The notes under the pieces are model-generated. The model made no database searches and had not been told where the DNA came from. It saw only the letters and a program-made list of their open reading frames with translations. Positions 37,298 through 48,276 of a stretch of 48,276 nucleotides of DNA are shown piece after piece. The stretch lies in NCBI RefSeq assembly GCF_001194135.2, contig NC_068988.1:29000146-29048421 (forward strand), read 5' to 3'. This DNA comes from Octopus bimaculoides (taxonomy: Eukaryota). Each line of letters starts with the position of its first letter. The first letter of the stretch is position 1. A program made the translations under genes and the position numbers.

Positions 37298-38343
37298 AAT
37301 GCATCCATGGAAATTCGAAACTCTGATAGAGAATTTATGCTGTCAGTCAATCTGATAGAACGAGATTGGGAGTGGTTGAGATATCATCAAATTACACCTT
37401 ATAGTCATTAAATATATGAAGTACACCTTGTGTGAGTAAAACCTTGGATATACCATGTCTGACGCAAAGAAAAATATTCGTGATAATTTCTGATTGAACA
37501 CATTTGGTTTTAAGCTTACTTTGTCAGCGCTGACATGGTGCAATATTAAGAACAACAACATCATATCCGATATCATAGATGAGAGAAATATAACATATAT
37601 CAAACGATCAGTTAATGATATCAATGATGCGAAATGGTTATGAAGCAAATTACTAGATAACAGAAATAATAATGATATTTTATTTAATATTTTATGTTAT
37701 TGATTCTGATTGGATGAAAGGCAAAGTTGATCACAGCAGGATTTGATCTCAGAAAGTAGAATCCGAAGAAGTGTTGCAAGATAGTAATGTGTGTTATACT
37801 TCATGCAAATACATCACGAAAGGCAAATTAACTGCAAAATTTGTTCAGTGATAATATCTCTGATGGACTCACTGTGTTTAAAAAACAAAAACAACAAATA
37901 TTAATATATCAGTCACAAACGAAAATCGTCCAGCAGCGGCGGTTAAAATGCCAGATTTGTCTTTCTGCTTCTTCGGGCTTTGTCCATAGTGAGCACCCGC
38001 AGGCAATTGTATGCTGAGACAAAATTCATCGTCACTGATATAGGAAAACAGTGATTGAAATACTACTGGTTACAAACTAACCGCCCAGCTAAATGAAAAT
38101 CCGTTATATCTACATTCGTTGTATTATAAAGATAGCTATTTTAATCTAACGCTACTTCTGCAGTTTTTATTGCAAGATATTTTTGTCGACGCTCTTACGA
38201 ATCTGTCAGCTTGCCAATAATGACTTCTAATATCAGAAGAATATAAATTAAGTACCAGATGAACACTGGGGGGTAAAGTAATCGACTTACCCTCTCCTCT
38301 GAAATCACTGGCCTTGTACCAAGATTTGAAGCCACTATTAAAA

Positions 38344-38568
38344 TTAGGGCGGCGAGCTGGCAGAATTGTTAGCACGTCGAGCAAAATGCTTAGCGGCATT
38401 TCGTCCGTCATTATGTTCTGAGTTCAAATTCCGCCAAGGTCGACTTTGTCTTAAATCCTTTCGGCATCGATAAAATAAGTACCAGTTCGACACTGGGGTA
38501 GATCTAATCGACTTAGCCTCTCCCCACCCCGAAATTGCTGGCCTTGTGCCAAAATTTCAAGCCGATAT
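38344..38568 (+). mobile_element. SINE family B, full length, tail type 1, preceded by a tandem 3' fragment (38250-38340)
   Basis: Same head and centre as 10113; tail gaaattgctggccttgtgccaaaatttcaagcc. Confidence 0.85.
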
Positions 38569-39719
38569 TGGAAGAGAATCACAAATTCTATAGGAAACAA
38601 GATTTGAATAAATCGAGCTCGATACTTTAATTATTTTTATCAACAATCAAGGCTGAATAACCAAATAACGCGTATACATTTCTTATTTCTTTATTTACGT
38701 TATAAAAATTAATAATTTTATAGAAAATCGAGAGATGTAAAATAAGATAACGCTATAAATATTGGTTCAAAATTGTGTATAAGTGGAGGAGCTAAGTCGA
38801 TAAGACTGACCCGGTGGTCATTCTTTTTCTGCTTGGCACTCCATCGTCGTGTGTCTGAATTGAGGCAAAATTTGTTCAAATTTAGTAAATAGAAAACGAT
38901 AAACAAAAGTTGCAGAGGAAAACTATAACTAAAAAAAAACATAAACACTACAGTAAAATTATTTTGGCTTTCATTCAAATAACATTGGAAGGAAGCGATG
39001 ACAACCCAATATATGTGTGTGTGTGTGTGTGTGTGTGTATAGATAAATATATAGATAAATAGATAAATAGATAAGCATACACACACGCACTCGCATATAC
39101 GGATCTAAAAGTCTGTCATATTTTGATGAGGTCATTTAAAACCTATGAAATGCACAAATATTTAAGCTATAATTTTAGAAAATTCAAACGAAATTTGGTG
39201 CTAAATAATTGTGGATAATTTGTGCACAATATAAACTGAGATTAAAGATTTATGTGAAAACTGCTTATATTTTTATTGAAAATGTTCATATAGCGATTTC
39301 TTAAATAACTTTCAAATAATATATGCTTTACACTCTACAAAGCAAATTTCAGAATATAAAATTAATCATTGATATTTGCTGGCAGTTTTAACAATGTATT
39401 CTATAGAATTTCGTCTGTAACACAAAAACAATCTATATAATTAGAGTAATTAATGGATAAACGTTTGTGTAGTAGAGTCTAAAAACATTGCATTAAAATA
39501 GATGATTAATAAGTGAAAGAACGGTATACAAGGGTTTAACAATTAGTTTCAGAAAATAATGTCTCCATCTTCATTGCTCGCAATCAAATCTGTAAATTTA
39601 AGAAAAATGACCANNNNNNNNNNNNNNNNNNNNNNNNNNNNNNNNNNNNNNNNNNNNNNNNNNNNNNNNNNNNNNNNNNNNNNNNNNNNNNNNNNNNNNN
39701 NNNNNNNNNNNNNNNNNNN

Positions 39720-39756
<37 letters not shown>

Positions 39757-39810
39757 AGCAAAATAAGACAAGGTAGAAAATGCTAAAGTAATTTTATCAT
39801 GAAGAACATT

Positions 39811-39848
39811 TTAGTACCGGTTTCAGTCTTTGCGACTTTTTCAACTTA
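39811..39848 (-). ncRNA. Decayed minimal hammerhead motif
   Basis: TTGAAAA AGTC GCAAA GACT GAAAC CG GTA CT: same ACCGGT palindromic stem III as the 24194 motif; core CTGAAGA mutated at two positions. Confidence 0.45.
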
Positions 39849-40441
39849 GAGTAAAGCATGAAAAACAATTAAATTGTGGAAAAATTAAACAAAATACTTT
39901 TTAAAAAATATTTCCATACTTTTCAAATGCAAGGGACATTTTCCTTTTGTCTGTTTGTGTCTGTCTCTGTTGTTTACTCATGTGAGATCTAGGTAGCAGG
40001 TAGTAGTAGTCTTAATACTTGACATGAGTGCTTGGTTTTGATTGTTTAAGTAGCAGTAGTAGCTGAGAAATCGATGCGACGACGAAGAAGAAGAAGAAGA
40101 AGAAGAAGGAGAAGGGGTAGGAAAAGAAGAGAAAGAATAATAAAAAATGCAGGAGTAGTATGAAAGTAGTAGGATGTTGGTTGAATCCTCTTAAATGATC
40201 AAGTGACCTAAAAGTGACCTGTTGTGCTTGTTATAATAGTGTTTGGAATTGTTCTGAATAAATTCATGGGTTGTGACAGTTCTGAATATATCGTTTTTAA
40301 TATTTGCGTGGGTATTATTCCAATATTGTAAATATTATTGATGTCACATACCTCTAAACCTTTAAACGTAACCTTTAAACGCTGGTTAGCTACAAAATTT
40401 CTTTCCGGGAAAGTTTCTTTAAGACAACCTACATACATACA

Positions 40442-40478
<37 letters not shown>

Positions 40479-41414
40479 CGGAAAAGGACAACAGCGACAT
40501 ATACATGCACACTTATACGTAAGAGGGAAACAGATGGACAGATACAGGAAGAGACTATTAAGGAGAAAGTGAGGAATGTCGTTAATTAGAATAGAAACTG
40601 AGCTTGAAATACAAAGCAAGGAAACCAGATGAAAAGAATATGCAAATAAACGAATTCCCTCTTAGTTTCGACAGTGAATATTCTAGTTATTCCATTAACT
40701 GAACTGTCTATTCATTGAACAAACAAGCAGCTTTTGGTTTACACAGACGTCCTAAAAGTAAATAGACCGCCCTCGCTATACCGTTTTATCTCTACGGACA
40801 CCACTCATCAGTTCGACGCTGAAACGTGTTGAATCATAAGAAAGAAATTGCACGAGGCATACCTACAAAATACTAGATTATGTATTCATTTTCATCAAAT
40901 GATATTTTATTTCTAGAAATATATCTTTAAAAAAACGATCATGTGTATTTATTTTCGAGATGACTGTCTATACGTTTATCTGCAGGATTGATAGTGAAAA
41001 AGACACAATCCGGGAAAATACAAAAGAAGTCTGTCTATATAAGAAGAGACGTGCCTAATATCCACGCGTAGGGGATTGAACCCGAAACCACGTGGTTACC
41101 AACAAGCGTCTTAACCACACAACCACTCCTACTCCTGAAACCATTTTCGTCGAGCATGTATAACAGATAAATACTAGCTAATTTTATTTTTGGCAGAAGT
41201 TTCTTTACAATTACTACAATAAATCGAAACATAATAATGGAACTTAATTATACATTTGGATGTGAAGATGATTTGATTATTGTTAATAATATATCTGTTA
41301 AAACAATTCTGTAAATAAACGTATTCCACAGAATTATAATTAAAAATACAGAGTATAACTGAATTGGCAGGAAGCATTTTAGTCGACGATAACTATGAAA
41401 TAATAAATAGATTT

Positions 41415-41768
41415 CTACTCTAGACACAAGGCCCGAAATTTTTGGGGAGGGGGCCAGTCGATTAGATCGACCCCAGTACGCAAGTGGAACTTAATTTATC
41501 GACCCCGAAAGGATGAAAGGTGAAGTCAGCCTTGGCGGAATTTGAACTCAGAACGTAAAGACAGACGAAATACCGCTAAGCATTTCGCCCGGCGTGCTAA
41601 CGTTTCTTATTTCTTTATTGTCCACAAGGGGCTAAACATAGAAGGGACAAACAAGGACAGACAAAGGGATCAAGTTGGTTACATCGACCCCAGTGCGTAA
41701 CTGGTACTTAATTTATCGACCCCGAGAGGATGAAAGGCAAAGTCGACCTTGGCGGAATTTGAACTCAT
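41415..41768 (-). mobile_element. Two SINE family B units fused head-to-tail (tail type 2, then tail type 1)
   Basis: The central block atcgaccccg..ggatgaaagg..ggcggaatttgaactca occurs twice (about 41495-41550 and 41712-41768). Confidence 0.85.
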
Positions 41769-42085
41769 ATATATATACACACACACACACTGAAAGGGAC
41801 AGGGAGAAATACAGAGCCGTACTAAACATCTAAACATACGCATACACATTCATTTGTTTATGCATCCGATAAAAAGTTAGATACCATTTATCAGTTAAGA
41901 ATTCCGTCGTGATTTAATAGGGACGTAGCAAATGCAATATTTTGTGTAAATATTTAAAACGAGATTCCAGAAATTGCAACAATTACTATTAATAGAAATG
42001 ATGTATTAAATATTTTATTAACACTGGAAATTCTCAGGATATCAGAGTAGATAAGAAGAGAATAAACCAGTAACAGTTTAAGTAA

Positions 42086-42157
<72 letters not shown>

Positions 42158-42651
42158 ATATATATATGAATAAATAGTAAAACATATTTGTTTGAAGGGA
42201 ATTCTATTTGGATATGCAAACCACAACAATAGAAAGTGAATTGTAACTTCTGTACTCTGTAACAAATTGTTTGCGATTCAGTAAGCTTTTCCGGTCTGCA
42301 TTTTGTATTAATATGTTTCTTGCTGTATAAATATAACAACCAATCTGCGATCAGGCGTTAATGACGCCAGCAATGTATTTGGCTTTGTTAGTTACATTCT
42401 CAATGAAATGTATGTGCGTAGAATTACGACGACTAAATGCTTTCTTACGAGCGTTTGAGCGTTTGCATCTAAGGTCCTACTTTCTGTTCTAAACAGATAT
42501 AAGCTGCAGGGATGGAAGAAATCAATACACTGATAGAGATAATATCTTTCGAGTTCTTCATTGAGTTCTTTCTCTTCTTTTTAAATACTTTGCAAAGGGA
42601 ATAATTCTTGTACTGAGAAGCTCGACTTCAGCGTTAGTGTTGTACAAGTAT

Positions 42652-42770
<119 letters not shown>

Positions 42771-43729
42771 GATAGATAGATACATACATACATACATAGA
42801 AAGATTTACTGACAGATAAATAGATAAATGGATAGATAGCTAAATAAATAGATAGCTAAATAGATAGATAGATAGATAGATATGTTTCTTTATTGGCCAC
42901 ACAGGGCTGAACACAGAGGGGACAGGACGAAATGTCGCCAAGCATTTTGACCGTCGTGGTAACGATTCTGCCAGTCCACCGTCTTACAAAGTTATATAAT
43001 ACTGATTTCAATTTTTGACACCAGGCCAGCAGTTTGGACAAAGCTGCGAGTCAGTTACATCGACCTAAGTGCTTAACGGCACATATTTTATCAACCCACT
43101 AAAGGATGAAAGGCAAAGCTGGCCCCGGTGGAATTTGAACTCAGAGCAAAAAAACAAAAAACAAAAAAAAAAACGGATGAAATGCCGCTAAGGATCTCGC
43201 CAGGCGTGCTAACAATTTATCCAGCTCACCACCTTGAACTGATTTCCAATTTTGACAGTTGTAAGACAGCCAATATGTATTAATAACTTCTACGCTTAGT
43301 CCAGATTAATCCGTTAAATTTGCTAGAATCTAGGAGTGGTTTAGGGGCTCTATTTAAACTTTATCCGTAATCTCCTTCATATCAATAGTGTTTCAAACAG
43401 GAGACCTTCATTACCACTTTTAATTATATACAATTCATATATATTATTCATTTCTTATACATACATACATACATACATACATACATACATACATACATGT
43501 ACGCGCGCACACACACATACACACAGACACACACACATATATATATATACAGGCACAGACATGGCAGTATGGTACGAAGTTTGCTTCCTAACCACATGGT
43601 TCCCGGTTCAATCCCATGGCACCATGAAGAAGTGTCCTCTACTAAAGCATCAGACCAACCAAAACTTTTTGAGCGGATTTGGTAGGCGGAAACTGAAACG
43701 AACCCATCATATATATCCAACTCATTCGG

Positions 43730-44130
43730 GGTTGCTTTGCAACGTCAGCTGCCTTATAATGGGGATTATCTTCAACAAGCACCCTTGCCTGAAGGTCCAA
43801 GTTGACTTCAGTGCGATGATGTTAATCCCTTTCCTTTACTGTGGAATTGTCCAATCAATCTGTTGATTATAACAAGAAGAATCCGAAGGTTTCGTGCAAG
43901 ATTTCGCTGCTTAAGTCCACCATCACAGTGGCCGACAATATGCACTCTTTGAATATCACACAACACTTTTGCTTCTGGTGTGCAGGGTAGGGCTAGTGAT
44001 TATATGCAATTAACATATTGTAATCTGAAATGAAAAATAATAATAATAACCCATTAACAAGTTTGAAGTACCGGGCAGTGTCTGCAAAAATAAAATAATA
44101 ACGAGAGGTGTCCACTTACTTTTAGCATGG
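43730..44130 (-). mobile_element. 5' part of a Tc1-like transposon (TIR remnant plus N-terminal HTH), decayed
   Basis: Minus-strand IQRVHIVGHCDGGLKQRNLARNLRILLVIINRLIGQFHSKGK resembles the Tc1 paired-like HTH. ggtgtccacttacttttagc at 44107-44126 resembles a Tc1 TIR in the matching orientation. Confidence 0.5.
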
Positions 44131-44181
44131 CTTTATTATTACCGTCACTCCGTTAGTCTATGTTATGATCACTCCTGTGAC

Positions 44182-44348
44182 CTTCTTCTTCTTCTTCTTC
44201 TTCTTCTTCTTCTTCTTCTTCTTCTTCTTCTTCTTCTTCTTCTTCTTCTTCTTCTTCTTCTTCTTCTTCTTCTTCTTCTTCTTCTTCTTCTTCTTCTTCT
44301 TCTTCTTCTTCTTCTTCTTCTTCTTCTTCTTCTTCTTCTTCTTCTTCT
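44182..44348. repeat. Pure (CTT)n.(AAG)n microsatellite, about 55 units
   Basis: Uninterrupted tract; the ORF track shows 55 consecutive Glu on the minus strand. Confidence 0.97.
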
Positions 44349-44876
44349 ATCTTCTCCAATATGTTTTCCTTTCTTTTCTTTTATAAACAATTTATTTGCA
44401 TTTCCTAAGGGTAGTTTAATTCTTATGCTGCTACAATTTCCCCCTAACACACACACAGGCGCACACATACACACATACATGCACACACATACACACACAC
44501 ATTTATAAACTGTTCTGTCACATTCATTCTTACATTCTATGAGACACAATATATTGACACAATTGTACTTCGTAAAAATAGATATCCTTTCTTCCTCTAA
44601 CAGTGTCGAACACTTATTAAATAATGGAGGTCACTGAAAATATATACCTGCTCATTACACAGAGTTTCATATTCCAGAAGAAAATGTATAATAGTCTTTC
44701 GATAGGAACGACTGGGAATAAATCCTTTGCATTACTTTTGAAAAATAATTTGAAATGGTAGAGCGACGTCCGTTTGCGCATGCTTTAAAAAAACAACAGA
44801 GATTGTGAGTGGAGATAAACTTACAACTTGTTAGTTAAAGAATATTTTCAGTTTGTTACTTCCTTTGAGGTCTCTC

Positions 44877-44958
<82 letters not shown>

Positions 44959-45085
44959 TCGCTTACTCTCGCTCTCTTTCACACACACAAACACACACAC
45001 ACACACACACACATACACATCCACCTTTCTCTCACTGTGTCTCTTTACACACACACACACACACACAGAGACACACATATAAATG

Positions 45086-45116
<31 letters not shown>

Positions 45117-46455
45117 GTATATATATAAATGCATATATATATATATAAATGCATATATAAATGCATATATATTTATATATATATAAATGCATATATATAT
45201 ATAAATGTATATATATATATGATTATATATATATAATTTATATATATATATGTATATACATACATACATACATACATATATATATATATACATACATACA
45301 TATATAAATAATAACAATAAATGGAGCAAAACGCATATAAATAAAAGTTCCCCTAACATATATATATATATGTGTGTGTGTGCGTGTGTGTATATATATA
45401 TATNNNNNNNNNNNNNNNNNNNNNNNNNNNNNNNNNNNNNNNNNNNNNNNNNNNNNNNNNNNNNNNNNNNNNNNNNNNNNNNNNNNNNNNNNNNNNNNNN
45501 NNNNNNNNNNNNNNNNNNNNNNNNNNNNNNNTATATAAATGCATATATAAATGCATATATATTTATATATATATAAATGCATATATATATATAAATGTAT
45601 ATATATATGTGTGTGTATGTATATACAACACACGTACATACCTTATGTTCATATATACATGCACACATACCTACATACACCTCTCCATATATAGTTATTT
45701 GTTTGCCAATGTGATAAGTAACTATTACTATCAGATAGGAATGCTGCTATTTTAGAAGAAAATAATATTAAACGAAACGAAATAAGACTTTTTTAGGTTA
45801 ATATTTATCTGAAATTCTGTAATCTGCAACCAATTCTATTAATAGTAAGAATTTATGAAATATTTCTTAACCACAATGGTAATTCTTTGATATCAAATAT
45901 GAAGATAAAAGAGAAGAGCAGAATCCAGTAACAAAATTAGAAAAATAGGGTTGTAAAAATGATAATGGAATTAATAATAATAGATATCTCATTGAAGAGA
46001 AATATATATATATAAACTAAAATACTAAAACTATCCATACCTAAATCTTAACTTCGGCACTTGGCAATAAACTGTTTCGGAGTGAATAAGGAAAGTTCTT
46101 TGATACTTCTAAGAAATTTATGGTCTCAGCCTATATAGTATATACATTCAAACTGTATGAAATATGACTATCAATCTGCAATCAGCCTTTGATAACAATA
46201 GAACTTGTATTATTGGCTTTGACAGTAAATGTGTATTGACCTAGAATATATTGAAGCTTGTCAGTAAACATTTCAATATGAATAACGAATGTCCTATTTA
46301 GTGGACTAAATAGATTTAAGCTCAACTATTTGATGTGGTAAACATTCTGCTAGAGATTATATCGTTTGATTTCTTCATTGCCACCTTTTATCTAAATCCT
46401 TTGTGCGAGAAATATTCCCTCTTGTCTTGAGAAATTTCGTTTCAGCATTACATTA

Positions 46456-46487
<32 letters not shown>

Positions 46488-46912
46488 NNNNNNNNNNNNN
46501 NNNNNNNNNNNNNNNNNNNNNNNNNNNNNNNNNNNNNNNNNNNNNNNNNNNNNNNNNNNNNNNNNNNNNNNNNNNNNNNNNNNNNNNNNNNNNNNNNNNN
46601 NNNNNNNNNNNNNNNNNNNNNNNNNNNNNNNNNNNNNNNNNNNNNNNNNNNNNNNNNNNNNNNNNNNNNNNNNNNNNNNNNNNNNNNNNNNNNNNNNNNN
46701 NNNNNNNNNNNNNNNNNNNNNNNNNNNNNNNNNNNNNNNNTTGCACAATGAAAAATATATTGATTTCAAATTTTGGCACAAGGCCAGCAATTTTAAGGGA
46801 GGCGATTAGTCGATTGCATCGACCTCAGTGCTCAACTAGTACTTATTTTACCAACTCCGAAAGGATGAAAGGCAAATCGACCCTGGTGGAATTTGAACTC
46901 AGAACGTAAAGA

Positions 46913-47841
46913 TGTTAGGGGTAATGTAGCCTCAGAAATTGTCTGACAGTCAGCGACTGGGTTCTCCTGCTTGTGCGGCATGGTGCAGAGTCCTGTTGCC
47001 AGACATAGGGTCTTTCAGCAGCCACCTTCTTGACCCAGGGAAGTACTACCTCCTCTAGGCACTTGATGTAGGCCTCCGTGTTGAGTCTGAGGCTGTGTGG
47101 GAAGATGAACGGAAGCATAACGTCACTATCACTAGTGATCACTCCAAACACCATGATGTTGACTGGATGTTTGATTTTTATCACTCTTGGTAGATGATTT
47201 GGGGAAACAGCAAGCCAACGCTTGTCCTGTGGGTTCACGATCTGATATTGGCAGAAACTTTTCTCGTCTGAGAAAAACAAAAGCATGTTCAGTTGAAGAA
47301 GATGCTTGAGTTTGTTCAAAAGCTTCGTAGCGCGGTCTTTCCTCCTGTCCTTGATGGCTTGGAATAAAAATTGGCCCTTTCTCATCTTGTATGAGGAATA
47401 CTGAATGTCTTTATACACTAACAGCCTGATAAGAAACTTAGACACTCCCATGTCCCTGGCGATGGACCTGATTTATTTGGAGTGATCGTTGTCAATCGTG
47501 ACCTGAATCTCACCAAGATATTAAAGAGTTCTTTTCTTATGAGAACCGTCAGAGTGAGTTTTCCGAGCTGCCGTGCCTTCGTAATCACCATTAAACTCAT
47601 CCAACTCTTTCCGAATTCTCTGCACTGTCCTCAGACTGACACCTAAACACTAAACACTCTGAAATGTTCGTATTGGAGCTTCCGGCACGAAGGCCAAGCA
47701 GTACAGCATATCGTCATCGTGCTGTTTTTCTTACAGACAGTGCCCAACTGACCCTACTATACTGCGTAGTCGACAAAATCAAAAACAAACAATGCGCATG
47801 TTCGAAATTAAAAACATAAAATGGCGACAATTTACCGATCG
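46913..47841 (-). mobile_element. maT/Bmmar1-like mariner-family transposon: 5' end, HTH and DD catalytic region; 3' truncated at a SINE
   Basis: ORF 47451-46915 contains FFSDEK, HPVNIMVFGVITSD, YIKCLEEVVLPW and YVWQQDSAP. An upstream frame gives RYAVLLGLRAG..GVSLRTVQRIRKEL..IRSIARDMGVS. It ends (frameshifted) LSDNF*GYITPNI, just before the expected WPPxSPD. Left end TA-cgatcggtaaattgtcgcc at 47843-47823. Confidence 0.88.
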
Positions 47842-47917
47842 TATGTATGTATGTATGTATGTATGTATGTATGTATGTATGTATGTATGTATGTATGTTT
47901 GTATACACATACATACA

Positions 47918-47963
<46 letters not shown>

Positions 47964-47989
47964 CATACATATATAGATATATATATATA

Positions 47990-48276
47990 TTCTCTTTTAC
48001 TCTTTTACTTGTTTCAGTCATTTGACTGGGGCCATGCTGGAGCACCGCCTTTAGTCGAGCAAATCGACCCCGGGACTTATTCTTTGTAAGCCTAGTACTT
48101 ATTCTATCGGTCTCTTTTTGCCGAACCGCTACGTGACGGGGACATAAACATACCAGCATTGATTGTCAAGCAATGCTAGGAGGACAAACACAGACACACA
48201 CATATATATATATACATATATACGACGGGCTTCTTTCAGTTTCCGTCTACAAAATCCACTCACAAGGCTCTGGTCG
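47990..48276 (-). mobile_element. SINE family A copy running off the window end
   Basis: Matches 32728-33020. Confidence 0.85.

Noticed and set aside
40208-40440. Minus ORF ..TFKGLEVCDINNIYNIGIIPTQIL.. (LRR-like) and plus frame VVLVIIVFGIVLN (TM-like)
   Set aside because: No convincing splice sites and only superficial motif resemblance; does not fit the expected opsin TM4-TM5.
40770-40815. CTGATGA on the minus strand followed by AAAAC-GGTA
   Set aside because: No stem II, GAAA mutated and no stem I; not counted as a hammerhead.
45142-45608. Duplicated ATATAAATGC-rich block either side of a gap
   Set aside because: Low-complexity AT minisatellite near a gap; cannot distinguish real from assembly duplication.
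46330-46450. Possible mariner C-terminus on the minus strand (..KRWQ*)
   Set aside because: Too short and frameshifted to support; no TIR seen.

Overview
Eukaryotic, AT-rich, microsatellite- and transposon-dense scaffold with many N gaps. The SINE inventory and repeat style point to an octopus-type cephalopod genome (inference, no search run). The only host coding sequence I can support is two plus-strand exons (28091-28253 and 30283-30410). They splice in frame (GT-AG, phases 1/2/1) into TM1-TM3 of a class A GPCR that most resembles peropsin (RRH)/Group-4 opsins. Exon 1 and the exons for TM4-TM7, including the retinal-binding lysine, were not found. The rest is intronic or intergenic: three modular tRNA-derived SINE families (about 30 copies or fragments, mostly minus strand), decayed Penelope-like (RT and GIY-YIG) and R4/Dong-type LINE fragments, Tc1/mariner/maT/pogo transposon relics and MITEs, a Helitron helicase tail in an apparent 501-bp tandem unit, and a ~540-bp inverted duplication. 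The most notable non-coding signal is a set of minimal hammerhead-ribozyme motifs; the one at 24194-24251 (minus strand) has a fully canonical core. Most ORFs in the supplied track are microsatellite or N-gap artefacts. All family assignments come from motif recognition by eye.
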